Positions 37,569 to 52,545 of a stretch of DNA of 64,000 nt are shown here, piece after piece. The position numbers and the translations under genes were made by a program. Within the stretch, counting starts at the first letter, position 1. Every line of letters begins with the position of its first letter. Under the pieces are notes generated by a model. The model worked only from the letters and a program-made list of their open reading frames with translations, did not search any database and was not told the DNA's origin. This stretch comes from Vermamoeba vermiformis (taxonomy: Eukaryota): positions 62,001 through 126,000 of the forward strand of contig JBEWZL010000038.1 of assembly GCA_045837725.1 (NCBI GenBank). Direction: 5' to 3'.

Positions 37569-40500
37569 ATGACCTCACACGCAACTGCAGAGAGCTTGTT
37601 GCAGATTCAGACCCTGATCGGGCAATCCAAAATGCCGAATAGCAGTAAACAGGCCCTTTTGCAAGCCTATCTAATCGTAAGTGCATTACGCGCAACGTTT
37701 ATGCCTTAGATTTGCTGAATTTTTTGTTGGTTAAAAGGGGAAGAAGATCGATCAGGCAGATCTTGACAGCCTCGCCGCTAAAATTAATGGTAGTGAAGCT
37801 AAAATTACAATGGATTTTTTCCTTAATTTTTTGATGGCTTTCCTATCATTGGGATCAGTTGCATCCGATCTGTCATTCACGCACCTCATAAATCATATTC
37901 TAATTCCCGAGCTGTCACAATCGGAGCGTCTCACCGATACGCAATTACAAGGTACGTCTGTTTATATCAATATAGTCATTTCTAACTTTATTTCAGTTTG
38001 TGAAGTGTTCGCAGCCTTGACGAAGATTAGCCCTAACCGTTACAAGCCTCAAATCATTCACATGTGCCTGCAAGTAATTGGTGTAGATAGCGTAGTGACC
38101 TCAGAGTTTATGTTTACACCGAAAGCGATGTCACTTCAAGCCGTACTCAAAATCATGAAGATCTTGAACGAAAGTAACTGCGAGCTTCCAGTAGAATTGT
38201 TTAGTCAAATATTGGAGCAGTTGAAATATGGCAATTCAAATGCAGACGATCTATTGGACGTGCTTAGAAGCTTTTTTAAGAATCAGACGCTCGACTTAAA
38301 CAGATCTTCTTGGACTGATCTGATCCTCGAGAAAATCTTTCAGAGCAGTGGCATTGCTGCAGCTATTCCATTCGAAATCAATGCGCTATTTATGTTCTTC
38401 CCCTACATCTTACACAAGATTCAAGGAATGAGAGACAACACTTTCTGGAACGTAATCAAGGTAGGCCAAGTTCTATGAATTCAAAATGATTGCTAATAAT
38501 CCGAATTTAGGGCGGCTGCCTTAATAATTTGGCAATCGTACGCAAACAATCGATTTTCATGCTGAAAGAAATCATTAATCAGAAAAAGATTACGCAATGG
38601 AACCAGTACGCGCCAACTCATACCTTGTTGTATCGTCTAACTTGCCGTAATTAGGTTACTCCCTTGGAATGATAATGAATGGTCCGTATTTTTCCTTATT
38701 TGGGATACGCTAGAAGAATACTCAGCACATTTATTGCCACCCGTTTTGGCTGAAATGCCCAAGCTGTTAGCCAAGTTTGAGAAGAAGGATTTGAATAGTC
38801 CTAAAGATATTAGATACTGGTTGTTTATTGCGTTCCAACGAGGATTCACGCATCAAAACTTCTCAGTCCGAATCCAGATCATGTCGCTATTTTTGGATCT
38901 CTTCCCGCAGCACAAGGAGATTTTCAACGATAAGGATATTATCTTCGACGGATTTTTCTTGGCTTTTGACAGATTATTAAACGAAGAAAGAGACATTCAG
39001 TTCAAAAAACGCGAAGACGACGAAGACGAAAGCGGATCAGCTGATCAAAATGCACCGCAAAAAGAGATGAAAGTTAAAGAGAAAGTCGTCGGATTTATCA
39101 AATATATTCTCGAGGAGTTCATATCACGAGGAGAATACGCCGTTTTACTTCAACACTTCAACGCAAAGTCGCCTGTCTTGGTGAACTTCATTTTGCAGAT
39201 CCAGAATGAAAATAGCATTTCAGTGAATATAGGCGACGCTGAACTATCAAAACTATCGCACGTGCTTCAAACTGCTTCGGCCCAATCGCTCTCCATTGCC
39301 AATCTGAAGCAATCAATTTTCAAGCTACTGACCAAATCGGACCTGTCCAAGTTATCCTTCAGCTCTCTAGCGAAATTTCTCGGTGGATTTTCACTGCCGT
39401 TAGGAAAAGAATTCGAACACCAAGTGCTGGCGGAATTCTTTAAAGCGATCAAGACCTACTTCAATGATGAATGGTTCGTGAGTGGTTTGAACTCGTTGCT
39501 CACTTCTCAGGCACAACCTGAGTGCTTCTCTCGTGCATTTTTGGGACTGGCTATCGAGCATCAAGCTGTGCTGTTAAAGAATCTCATTATCATCATTCAA
39601 AACAACGGTACGTTCCTACCTGCTCACACGGCGTTAATAATATTTGCTTAAGTCATTCTTTTCAGAGCCGGAAAATATCGATTTGCTATGCTCTATCATC
39701 GCAGAGTTAATTGCATTGAACGCAACAGACGTTTTGAAGCAGTCGAGCACGTTGTTCGAGGGACTGATCAAGTACTTGGCCCAACAGCTAGTGAACAAAG
39801 AAGAGTGGTCTGTTCAAACTGAACCCGTTGCTCGTCTGTTCGTGAAGATTGCACAACACATCCAACCGTCATTTGAGCCCAAGGACGTCGTGAACTACTG
39901 CTCCAACAGACTCACCAGCGCAGACTTCGATCAATTGGCAACACTTTCCAACGAGAAAACGATCGCTAGCCTCAAAGAGTACATCACTATAATCAAAGTA
40001 TTAACGAGTATGATTGTCGGCTACAAATCTACGATCAACTTCGCCGTGCTCGAAAAGTTGCTGTCGATACCAAAAATCCAAATCGCATCAGCTGATTTCA
40101 CAGTCATTTTGTCGCTGTTCACGAAACACGTGTGGAAATTCACTTACAGTGCTATCAAGAGCAAATCATTTTCCGAGAAAGAAATGAACAATTTGTTCGA
40201 CAAAGCGCTCATGGGCCTGGAAATCAACTCCTACCAATCACTCTACTACGTCTATCAGTCACTCTACGAGCTGTCTTTTGGATCTAATGTGGACCGCAGC
40301 GAGAGCTTAGAAGAAATGTTGCAGTCTGCGTGGGCGAGCTTTTATGACTGCAAACGAAAATCACACAAACTTACAATGGCGTTCTTGCAACTGTGCTTCA
40401 ACCAGACGACATTGAAGCAAGAGTCGATTAGTGACTTATTAGACAAAGTCTTGAAGCTGTCTGAGCATTCTCTACGTCTCTCACATTTGCTCGTAGCTCA

Positions 40501-42432
40501 CTTATGTGCCCTATTCAAATCAGATATCACAATAGCCTCGCACCATATGAAAGCCGTTATTGAATTGTGCTTGTTGCCTACTGACTCAAGTGGGGAACAT
40601 TCAGGTAAGAATTCTTCTAATTGCGAGTATGAGACATGCCTAACCTTGCCGCAGACGAGGCGAAAGTTTCTTCGGCATCATTGCTGTTCAACGTGTTCCT
40701 CAGTGGCTTGGACCAATCCAACGCTCAAGTTAAGTCGTTCATCAATAGACTTATGACCTCGCTGCTTCAGCTCAATTCCGAGGCTGAATTTTCGAAGAAA
40801 GAATACAGCACCCACAGCAAGACTAATAAGCGAAAGTTGGCTTTATGGAGAACACTTTCCGTTCTTACAAAGTTCATTGACGAGCATCTTATGAAAGAAA
40901 TTGATGCAAAGATTTGGAAGATCCTTGCCATGAAGAACTTCGGTACGAGATTAGAAAAAATACTTTCATTAGCATGGAGCTAACTTTTCCTTATAAGGCA
41001 ATGTTCGATACTACATTCAACTGTTCATTATTAATGCGCTCTACCAACAACCATCGTTTATTACTTCGTCTTTGATCCCGCAGCTGAAGCAATTCAATCA
41101 AGACTACACCGTCGCTACGTCACTTGCCGTAATCGCCACGTATTTGTGCCTCATCACTTTGGATCAAGTCAAAAGTCAAGGTGTCACAGACGACAATAAG
41201 AAGCTACTCGTTAGCCTATTGCAAAATATTTTCCCTTGGACCAACCACTTCAACCATGGAGTAAGCCCCTCCTGAGATTTCATTGAAATTGATTTTTAGG
41301 TTCTAACGAAATTTCAGGTGCGTGTCACGTGCCAAGTTGCCGTCTACAAAGTCATTCAACAGCTCAAAAAAGAAAAGGATGTTTACAACCAGCTTGTTCG
41401 GAGGTCAAAATGGGCTGTTGGACAATCGCGAGTTCATCGAGACGTGGTTCGGCTTCATGGACCAGAACAAAGCGATGATCAAGCTGCGTAAATCTCAAAC
41501 GAAGATTATCGATGGATTTAACCCGATTAGTGCTGCCACGATTGAAGGCATGTTCATGAACAACGAAAATCTCGACAGCGAGGTTGAAATGTTGCTCGAA
41601 GAAACCGTCAAGAAAGCTGTCAGACAGTTCCAGCACTTAGTCTCGGCTAATGAAGACAAAATATCTTCGGCGAACGCGACTGAGAAGAGCAACAAAAATG
41701 AAAACTCCGGTGAGGACCAAAAAGAAACGATTTTCCAAAAGAGGATTATTCCTTGGGAACAAGCTGTCATGGAGCTCGATAAGGACAATAAGAACCCTTA
41801 TGCCCTTAAGAAGTCGCGAAGGTCATTGATTCTAGTAGGAACTTTCTTAGATAATACTCCTAACGTCGCTGGTCTCGCACGAACAGCCGAGATCTTCAAC
41901 GCGAAAAGTAAGTTCAATTACTTAATTAAAGGAGGGTCTAACAGATGACAGAACTCGTTATCGGAAACAAGAAGTTGCTTAGTGAGCCAATCTTCCAGCG
42001 AATCAGGTATGTCCTACCCCAGACTTCCGATCGGATGGAGCTGATCGACTCGTTTACAGTGTCTCTGCTGAAAAGCATTTGCCGATTTCAGAAGTCACCG
42101 ATAGATATCTCCCTGGGTATCTCGCTGCTAAGAAGCAAAAGGGCTACACAATCATTGGTACGTAGCGTGGGATCAACCGTATTTTTACCTAACAATAAAC
42201 TCCTCCAGGTGTTGAACAAACAGCTAATAGTGTGAGCCTTAAAGACTACAAATTCCCCGAAAAGTGCGTGTTAATACTAGGCACCGAACAAGAAGGTATT
42301 CCGCCACAGTTCTTGCAACTCGTGGATGTAGCGGTTGAAATCCCGCAATTTGGTACCATTAGATCGCTTAATGCACACGTTAGTGCTTCAGTCGTAATAT
42401 GGGAATACACGAGGCAACAAATCACCAAATAA
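37569..42432 (+). CDS. TARBP1: tRNA (guanosine-18-2'-O)-methyltransferase TARBP1/Trm3; +1 frameshift at ~41371
   Basis: Large helical N-terminus plus SpoU domain: [49 protein letters not shown]. Confidence 0.9.
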
Positions 42433-42561
42433 AGAAGTCTAAAGGCACGTGACTTGCCGTGGATTTTCTTGACTCATCGCGTGATTCGTGAAAAGTTCAC
42501 ATTTGGTTTATTTACTCTTGTGTCCTGTCTGACCATAGAGTATAGCACAAAGGCTACGCAA

Positions 42562-44981
42562 ATGGAGAGTGCACATCGCAGGCTAGCGACTACTTTGGCG
42601 CATCTGGATTTGAACAACGGGAACCAAATTGATACCGCCTTACAAGCGAATCAATGCAGCGGAAAAATTGATAGTAACGCCTTAAACACATTGCTGTTCG
42701 ACCACCTTGAATACCGCCATCAAGTGTTCGATTTTTTGAAAGATCCGTTCTTTGCTCCTAGATACGAGCTTGGCATGGCAGGTAAATTTTGTAAACAATA
42801 TTTTCCTATGCACGACATTGTATTATGCATTTTGAGTGTGTCCTCGCCCGACGTAGATATTTTTGTATCAGATTTAAATTATTTTCTTCCTGGATCTGAT
42901 AATTTTTCGCTAGAACAACGTGAATTTACTTTACAAAGAGTGAAGAAATTATTGCATAGCAAGATTGCCTCGATCTACGATATGAAGAACAATCCAACCA
43001 AGTTTTTGGCCTTTCTTGATTGTGTAACGGTCATGGATGTGAACTTGGCGGTCAAATTTGGCGTTCATATGACTTTATTTGGAAGTTCAGTTATCAATCT
43101 TGGTACCGAGAAGCACCACAAGAAGTATTTGCCTGGAATAGACACGTTTGAGATTGCTGGTTGCTTCGGCATGACCGAGCTAGGTACGCGTGGCCCAGGC
43201 ACTAAGGTCACTTTCTAACGTACAAATGCGTTGTAGGTCACGGCAGCAACGTCCAAGGCATCGAAACTACGGCACATTACGATGCTAAGACGAAAGAATT
43301 TATTATCAACACTCCTACTGACTCCGCTCAAAAATATTGGTTAGGAAACGCAGCCAGTACGTTTTAATTCATTTAATAGTAAACAATCACCACTCATACT
43401 CGGTTATAGCACATGGCAATCATTGCGCAGTCTTTGCCCAGCTGTACGTGAACGGTCAACACGAAGGTGTGCACGTGTTCGTTGTGCCAATTAGGAATCC
43501 CGATGGCACCATTGCCAACAGTAAGCAGCAATATACCTATGTTTACCTAATCTATGTCTAACGTTAAGCCAATTAGATGTGCGTATTGATGACAATGGAG
43601 TGAAAATGGGTTTGCCTGGTGTTGACAACGGACGAATTTGGTTCGACAAGAAACGAATTCCACGAGAGAACTTGTTGAACAAATACGCAGATGTGACTGA
43701 AGATGGCAAGTACGTGTCACCAATCAGCAACAAAGTACAACGATTCGCGACAATGATGGCACCACTCGTGTTTGGCAGATTGAAAATCTCATCGTCTGCG
43801 AGCTTGGTCGCGTTGACTGGTCTAAAAATAGCCATTAGATACAGCAACACGAGAACGCAATTCAAAGGTGAAGACGGCAAGGAAATGCCAATCATCACTT
43901 ACTTGACACACAAGCGCCGATTGTACCCTTACTTGGCCTCTACCTTGGCTTATCACCTCAACTTGGCCTTTGTCAAGACACGCTACGAGCGGTACATCAC
44001 AGGTGCCAGCAAGTCTAGCGAAGAGAACAAGGAGCTGCACATCTTTGCTGCCGGGGCTAAAGGTAAAAGTTTGAGTATTGTCAATGAAGGCTAATCACTT
44101 GGCATAGCTATGGTGACGTGGAATAAGGGAGCAACACTCCAAAACTGCCGTGAATGCTGCGGTGGACAGGGCTACAGCGCATACAATCGTATCGCACCAA
44201 TGAAGAATGGTTCGTATTATCGCTTAATTGACCAAGTTGTGTGAACTAACAACCTTTTCAAAAAGACACGGAGATTGATATGACATACGAAGGTGACAAC
44301 CACGTGCTATTACAACAAGTTTCAAAGGCCCTTATGAACGACTACACTGCTGGCAAGTTGATAGAAACGCCGTCAGTCGCCAAGTCTGAAGTACGGATCC
44401 ATCTGAGAGCACGTGACTTTTGAACACCGTATCTAACCTTGCTTTGTTAGTACTCTGTTCGAACACTGCCATTCTTGCAAGCCGCACTTTCTTGGCGCGT
44501 TGGCAAGTTATGCCAGTTGGTGAAAGAGAAGAGCACTAAATCTCGTACCGGAGATTTGGTGTGGGACGAGTGTTTGGATCTGGTCATCGCTCTCGGCAAA
44601 GCCTTCGTGGACAACAACGCCATGAAGAACTATACTGACGCTATCAACAACGCTCCAAATAACCTTAAGCCTATTCTCACACTGCTCGCCGAGATGTTCG
44701 GTTTGGCTCGCGTGCAGGAAGTAAGATCTAATCGCCCAGAAATACAATGTCATTAACCCTGTTTACTTCAGGACTTAGGATTCTTCGTATCTCATGAAGG
44801 ATTGTCGCTGGCTCAAGGCAAGAAAGTCAGTCTTCACTTGAACGAGCTGTGCCTTGAGTTCCATCCTCACGCCTTGGAATTCGTCAACGCACTGGCTATC
44901 CCCGATCACGTGATCATTGCCCCAATCGCCTTCGATTATATTAAGCGCAATGCTTATGGAAGACATCCAATGCAAATGTGA
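42562..44981 (+). CDS. Peroxisomal acyl-CoA oxidase with N-terminal PTS2
   Basis: RLATTLAHL (RLx5HL PTS2), [47 protein letters not shown]. Confidence 0.93.
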
Positions 44982-45707
44982 ATTAAAGTCTTCGGGTCTC
45001 CAATTATCGGATATTTTTGTACCCACAATTTTAATTTTCATAATTAAGAATGGAAATTGTAATGATTCTACTGCCCACTCGTTATCAATTCCAATTTTTT
45101 TCCGAATGTCTTATGCTTTTCTTCGTAATTTTCTTGTGTGTTAACAACAAGCTCGCTTTATTCAAAATTAATGGTAGCCACTAAGCGTGCAAGAGCTTCC
45201 TATAGATAATGAACCTCGTTCAACTCGTCGTTCGTGGTTAACGCTTAAAGTATTAAATCGACCTAAATCGACATAATACCAACGTTGTATCGTTAAAAGG
45301 GGCAAGTGATCCAACAGCCAATACTTCAAATTATCACGCAAGGACGACGATTCGTCCTGATTCGAGGTCCTACGAATAAAAGTATGTTTTAAATTACAAA
45401 TAAATTTTGAATTAATAATAATTATTTAGGGATCGTCTGGCTTTTTGGTTGGAACTTAACAGATTCCGAATTTTTAAATGAATAGAAGTGTTTGTATTAA
45501 CAGGAAGGCGTCCTACGGAAAATATGCCTCGTCACTTTCTTGAAAATTGTGTGTTGCCCGTTTCGCTTTGACAAGCGTTGACCGAACAAAACGACGTAAT
45601 CAAACACAATCTATTTTCCCAACACTCTGTTCATACACGCACTTAACGTGCTCATCCTAGTATTATTTATATATTATATTTTGTAAATTGAAACCTGTAT
45701 TAATGAG

Positions 45708-48381
45708 ATGAGCGCGCAAGAACCAGATAGAGATTCAATAATGGAGGCTAAAGATAACACGTCTGAAAATGCTACAAACGGTGTAGAAAATAAAGAACAG
45801 AAAGAATCAAGCACAGAACCGAAACAAAAGGAAGATCAGATCGTCGATCAGGCTTTGGACGGAATAGCAAATGATGGATCCAGTAAGTATTTTTCGATTA
45901 TTCCAAGAAAATGGAATTCCTTTAGCCAATATACTGTTGAATATTGAATAACGAATTATTTTGATATTCCCATACAAAATTACGAAATTCATAACGTTTC
46001 ACGATAATTTTAAGCAACAGTCACTTCAATATAAAGAATAGCATGCTATTATTGCCCTAAATTTATATTAAAATTTGCAAATAGGATTCAAGGTCCCTAA
46101 GACAAAGTCTCCTTTTGGTTTCCATTCACCCACGACTTGGTCCATCTACGAATGGGTTAAATACTCGACTGGTATTGCCTTTATTATGCCCTTTTTTGGT
46201 GTTCCTAAGTGGGTACGTTATTTTAAAAATATATGCAAATAACTCTATTGTGTAGGTGAATTGTTTTTACTAACTTGTGATCGCATCTTCAGGTGATCGT
46301 GTCACTATTTTTATTTTGGCGATTATGCTACAATTTGGGCTTAGGATTTATATTATTCAAACAATCAAATACTCGCTGGTTGACTAAATATGTGCGCGAC
46401 GAGCTGCCCAAACATCCGGCTTTGCAATCAATTGTCAAAACCCTAATTAAAAATAATATGGGCCCTGATTATAAATACGAGGTAATTAATTATATACTAG
46501 AGCTTATAAAAAAATCTAATAGATATTTTGAGCTATTAATAACGTATTAACGGATCGGATCCTAGGACTGCCCAGCAGAATTTAATGCATGGATGGCTTT
46601 TCGCGGAATTGTAGACGTAGTACTAGCTGGTGACCTGGTAAGTGATATTCTATTGGGTACTTGTGATACAGGTTTTAATTTGCAACGTTTTCGTTATTAG
46701 GCGTTTTACGGATCTATGGTGCTCGTTTACACTTTCGAACAGTTCCCCGCTAAAATATCATTTTTGTGGTTTATTTCATGGATAGTTGGTATTATTTGCG
46801 GCATATTCACCTTATGGGCTAAAATAGATGCGTACCGCGTTGTGAAGGACTTTGCTTGGTGTACGTACAGCATTATTTTCGATACCGTTAACTTGATCGT
46901 AATCAAGCAATATTATATTAATTTATTTGATATGAAACAGATTGGGGCGACTTCTTTTTCTTGGTGGATCAGAACTTGACCTTCAACCGAGTTTTCGCAA
47001 TTATTCCGCACCCGATGTACACGATTGGCTACACCTTCTATTACGGCTGCAGTCTCATTTCGCAGTCCTATGTCGTGCTCTACGTCAGTTTCTTCGCTCA
47101 CTTCTGTCAAATGTTGTTCTTGGTCTTTGTCGAGAACCCGCACATTGAGAAGACGTACGGAGGACTCGTCACACCGGAACTCGATGCCACGCAAGAGATG
47201 CTGGCTAAGAGCGGCTATCTCCGCAGAGATCTCATCGTGTTCAAGAACTTCAACATCTTCCGCTCGTCGGATCTGTTCATGTTGATGATCATCTTCTACA
47301 ACGTTGCGATGTACTTCTTGAAGCTCAATCCGCTCTTTTACGCAGCGTAAGTCATTGCACTCGTTCAAAGTACGCGCATGAACTCACCGTGTGTTTCTTT
47401 AATTAGTCAGGTGATCTTCTGGCGCTTCATTCTCAGCGGCGTCTTTGGCTACATTTTGCACCGCCAAAGCAAGGACGAGTTTTGGACGCGCTTGGCTGAA
47501 GCACGTGGCAGCACCAAGCAAGAGAGTTTTGAAGAATGGAAGCGCGTGTACAACTTGACCTTGACGATCAGCCACGTCTCGTTCATTGTCTGCGCCCTTC
47601 GCTACGCTGATTGGGACCTTATGTCGCTCTTCCAAATCCCCGACTTCCTCTTCGTGTTCCGCGTCACTGCCGGCACCGTAAGTAGCACTAACTCTAGTCC
47701 TACAAGCACAGCTCCTGACTAACCTCTTCGTTGCAGATCTTGATTGCCATCAACATTTGGAGCTCTGTTTCTAGCTACGAAGTGTTGGGCGAGTTCGGTT
47801 GGTTCTACGGTGACTTCTTCGTGCGCGATGTGCCCAAGAAGCTCTACTACACGGGCATCTATCGCTTCCTCAACAATCCCGACAGCGTGACTGGCTTTGC
47901 TGGCTACTACGGCATGGCTCTTCTGAGCAGCAGCTGGTTCGTCTTCTCGCTGGCCGTCTTCTCTCACGCGTGCAACTTCTTGTTCGTAGAACTCGTCGAG
48001 AAGTAAGTACCGCTTACATAAGCTCTGTGGTACAGCTACTAACGTGCAATTAATAGGCCTCACATGCACCGCTTGTACGGTCACGAGAACATTCGTGAGA
48101 AGTCAGGCATGCGCACAGCGATGAGCGAGATCTGGGACGAAGAAGCTGAGAAGTTGAAGGCTAGAGTAAAGGCGCATCCTCTTGCACAAAAAGTGACGCG
48201 TGAGGTCTCGGACAAGGTGAAGCAGTTCCAAGCTCACCCAATCGCACGTAAAGTGTCTACTGAAGTCAAAGAAGTGACGGACAAAGTGAAGGACAAGCTC
48301 GAGAAGTTCAAGGAAGAAGTTGGTCCTTTTGTAGATAAGGCCAAGGACGGCATCAAGGCTAGATTGGGTAAAGCCAATTAG
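45708..48381 (+). CDS. CHO2: Phosphatidylethanolamine N-methyltransferase, CHO2-type (duplicated PEMT domain)
   Basis: [80 protein letters not shown]. Confidence 0.9.
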
Positions 48382-48615
48382 TCTTCTTTTTTCATGTGCA
48401 TATTAGATCAAGAAATTTATTTAATGTCAACTTAAAACTCTCTAAAAGTAAATCGGCTAGCGCTCTGGTTTTTGTAAAGCTACGGATGTGACTCGAGTAA
48501 TTTACCCTTGTTTTTAAAACTTGAATGCTCCTCGTACAAAATGACCTAGAATGGAGAGCTTTCTAGAAACACCGTAGTAATCTTTGTACTTTATTACGAA
48601 ATCCGATATAGATCG

Positions 48616-50339
48616 TTAATTACATTTTGATTTTTTGAGTTGATTTTGTTCTTCGGCTGAATTTGATAACTTTCTCTTATTATTATTATTATTGCCTGAC
48701 GTGTTGAATTTTATAACGTACAATCCATGAGAACCTATTGCATAAGCATTATCACCAATAACTCCCAGTTGCGTAATCTTATCTTCCTTAATAACGCCAA
48801 GTATTTTTCTTTGGGAAACTGAGAAAAAGAATAAATGTGTTGGATCTTGTTTTTGTGCAAATAATCGTTTGTTCAGAGTGCACATTGCAATATCATTATT
48901 GAGCCATTGACCGAGCTGAAGATACGAACATGCTGAATGCTTATCAAACTTATATGACCAACGAACGCGCTGATTGGGCAAAACGAGTTCTGATGCATCA
49001 TCGTCATTTGAATTTCCATCTAATTCAGGATCATCTATGTTACCAACGGCCATAATGCATTGGTCACTTTCATTTATCTCTGTCGTTGCAAAATAATTCC
49101 TTGTGTTGATATTATAATGCATATTCTCACATGCATATTCATATATTGCTTTATAATCATCATATGGGTCTTCAGTTACATGTTGTGCTTCAAAAATAAT
49201 CTCTTTCTCTTCCAGATCCAAGATCTCAACCGAAGATCCGGTTCCTGTCTGCACAATCTTTAAAAATTTGCTGTTTTCGTTCTCAATGAGTTCAGTTTGA
49301 CTTAATTCCATAGCCGTCATGATGTTCCATCACTTTCAAGTGGTCTCTATGTAGTTCAGTGAGCTGTCGTGTAATGCAATTGATTTCCTTGACCAAGTAC
49401 TCTGAATTTTCATTCTGGCCACATGAATAGATGACAGGTGTCAAACGTGATAGGACTTCGTAGGTATCCATTGCTTCAAATGTCAAAGTGTCAACCGTCT
49501 GATTCGTTTTGATCGAATGAAATATGAACTCTGTTTGTACTGGGCACTCATAGTCATTTTGGTATTTAAAAACGATGTGGTCATCGTACATTTGTGGAAA
49601 AGGGAAGTAAGTTCCAAAATTTTCATGAAGGACGTTTCTTTCATGAACCAATAAGCACTTGTCTTCAACTTTATAAACTTCAATAAACGAATCCTGTTGG
49701 CTCAAAAATGCAACTTTTTGTCCTAAACGCAAAGTCCGTTCAGTAAATATGCACTACTATACATATTAATTCCCTACCAGTTATGTCATAGAGTACTTTA
49801 GTCGGATACACTTGGAGATCCACATTCGACAAAACGGAAGCTGTTGTAACGTTGAACAATACAGCAGTACGATGAAAAGCCATTAAAAAAATGTCTTTTT
49901 GCCACGGCAACTGAACAACGTTGTTTGGATTGAGAATTACTTCGCAGAAATTCAAAGATCTGACAACGTCAAAACATCTCACAGAACAACCGGCTTGAAT
50001 GAGAGTGTCGAAAGAATTGATTCTTTTCATTTGTTTTTTCATTGGCTCTTGCAGAATGGATTCGTATGAAAGCGGGAAAGCAGATCTGATTCGTTGTTGC
50101 CAAACTAACTGCGTCGGATCTGAGATCCATAGATTAAGAGATTTGCTTGCTCCACATAACGAACATAAGTCCAAGATTGATAGAAAATTAGTCATATGCA
50201 TAAATACATCCTTGTGACGAAAGAATCCGCTGACGGATCTAATCAACAAAAATTAGTTAATTCTGCGTTTCACTTAGAACGAATATAATTATTATAAAAT
50301 ATGAGCATAATGATCAGAAACTTACTCATCGTGCTCCAT
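48616..50339 (-). CDS. F-box protein (beta-rich C-terminus); probable +1 frameshift at ~49294
   Basis: DVFMHMTNFLSILDLCSLCGASKSL...W is F-box-like. Intron 49723-49777 joins two of the ORFs. Confidence 0.6.
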
Positions 50340-50734
50340 AATTATTTCAGCTTGAGCTGTGTTCTTCACGTCAGATTTCAGATCGAAATAATCCTACTTT
50401 TTTCTTCATTGACGAATTAATTGCGCAAAGTAACGAATAAATGTCCTCAATTAAATTTTTTATGAGAATAACGGCCCGAAATCATGCTGAACCCCGCTTA
50501 TTGTAAATAAAAAAGTCCACCGGTTGCTGGTGTCCAAATCATTCTTAATCCTTTGCTTTCATCTTTATTGATCGTCATATAATATCGTGTTGTCAGTTTT
50601 AGTAATAGAATGACAGATTAGAGTCAATTTTTCTTCCTGCGAGATATTTTGTCGGAGATTCAATTCTCGCCTTAGAGCCAGCTCGAAGTGAGTTCAGTTT
50701 TTCTATCTCTTTCTCAGATTCAAATAGCTGAACA

Positions 50735-52545
50735 ATGCAAAACATACCCTTAGATGTCGTTGGTCATATTTGCTCATTCCTACCACTACGTGATCTGCTT
50801 GCGTTCCTGTGCACGTCAACACTGACCCTAAAACAATCAAAAACTGAATCATTTATTCAGCAATGCAAAGGAGAATTATTTTATAATCGATGGAGACTCA
50901 TTAGCAAAGCCGATTCGCTTCCAGTGCCGCTATCACAAAAGATCGCTACCAAGATCTCGCTTCAAAAAAATTGGACAAATCCAGGTACTTTAATAACGAC
51001 GTTATTGTTATGTATAAATATCTAATAGTCATTAATAATTAATTTAGAATTTCAACCACGAGTTTTTGCCTTCCCAGTGATTGACGGCTTCGTTGTTCAA
51101 GCGGATGTGGAGCACAATATGTAATTCTGCTTATATATATAATATTTGATATCATACGCTAATATTGTAAGTTAGGTTGTACTTGGAAAAAGCGAAACCA
51201 GATGAAACGGGGAGCGTTTTCGAGATTTATAACACAGAAACACTTGAGCTGAAGAATCAAGTTAGTAGCGAGACTTTAACTACAAAGGACAAATATTGGA
51301 AGGTAATATGATATTATACGGAAAGCTTCGTGCTTGTTCGGAATTTGCAGATCTGATCTTCATTTTTAGGGCGATCCTTACATTATCTTCGAACAAACCG
51401 ACTTTAATGCTTTTGAAGTAGATCAGGGTGATAGACAAGATATATGGGACTTGAATACCAATCAACTTTGGAGTATGCCAGATCAAGTCACTTATTCCTC
51501 GTACATTTGGAAGAATCTTTACGTTTATCTTACCACGGACAACGATTTTAAGGTAAATTTATTGCAATAAAACATAAGAGAAATTTATTATTATTAATAA
51601 AAAGCAAGTGTTTAACTGTTGTTTCAGGTGATGGATCTGGCTACAAGAAAAATTATTCATTCACGACAAGTTCCGTGGTACAAAATGACAGTCGATATTC
51701 CAAATCGACTCCTATTCGTTGTAAATAAGGACCTGAACGCATTGATGTTCGTGCAGTACTCGCACGATTGGCAAGAAGAGATCAATTCCATTATTATTCC
51801 GTACCGCCGCGAGGACGAACCTCCAATTGAAAATTTTTGGTCTAAAGTCGGAATTACAGTGCTGCGAAAGCAATATTATTTCTTTTCTCTGAATATAGAC
51901 GGACAGCACCAAAGCAGAGTAAGATCCGATCCAAAACTTCGCAATTGCTTCATTGATTAATCTAATTCTGCATAAATCCATAATACAATTTTGCTAATAT
52001 TATTCTTAGATATACAGCCGCAAAACGCTGCAAGAGGTCTACCGTACAGATGCAGCGTGTTCGCACCGTCAATTCGACACGTTTGCTGACTTTGAAGCGA
52101 ATGGCGTGCAAGGCGGCGAGATCTATAACATAGTTGATAAGACTAGCTATTATAGTACAACCTTTAACGACTTTAAGCTAATAACTGGTGACTTAGTACA
52201 TCGACCTACATAACTTTACTTCAAGAATTCGCGGATCTGACTTATTTTTTCTAGTATTTTCAAACAGTCGAATTTGCTGATTTTGAATATCGATTTGAAG
52301 TCGTTAGAATGCCACGTATTGAGTCAATAATCGAGATCACTACTGATGAAGGCCTGTTGACCGATCACTTTGTCGAATTACTGGAAAAACAGCTCAATTT
52401 TAGCACGACTTATGATATCAATCTCAAAGAGGTGTCGCCCGACGCATTTGCCAACGAGTCTCAACTTGTGTTGATTTTCCAGAATTCGCTTACCGATAAG
52501 ATAGCAGTAGTAGTACTTGATTATGGGGATACTGTACTCAAATAA
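50735..52545 (+). CDS. F-box protein
   Basis: MQNIPLDVVGHICSFLPLRDLLAFLCTS F-box motif. Seven exons splice in frame. Confidence 0.7.

Noticed and set aside
45130..45560. Possible small spliced gene or ncRNA in the ACOX-CHO2 intergenic gap
   Set aside because: Splice-like signals occur on both strands, but no convincing start, frame or recognisable motif.
49723..49777. Apparent frameshift in the F-box gene
   Set aside because: A 55-nt GTAGGG...TTTAG intron restores the frame.
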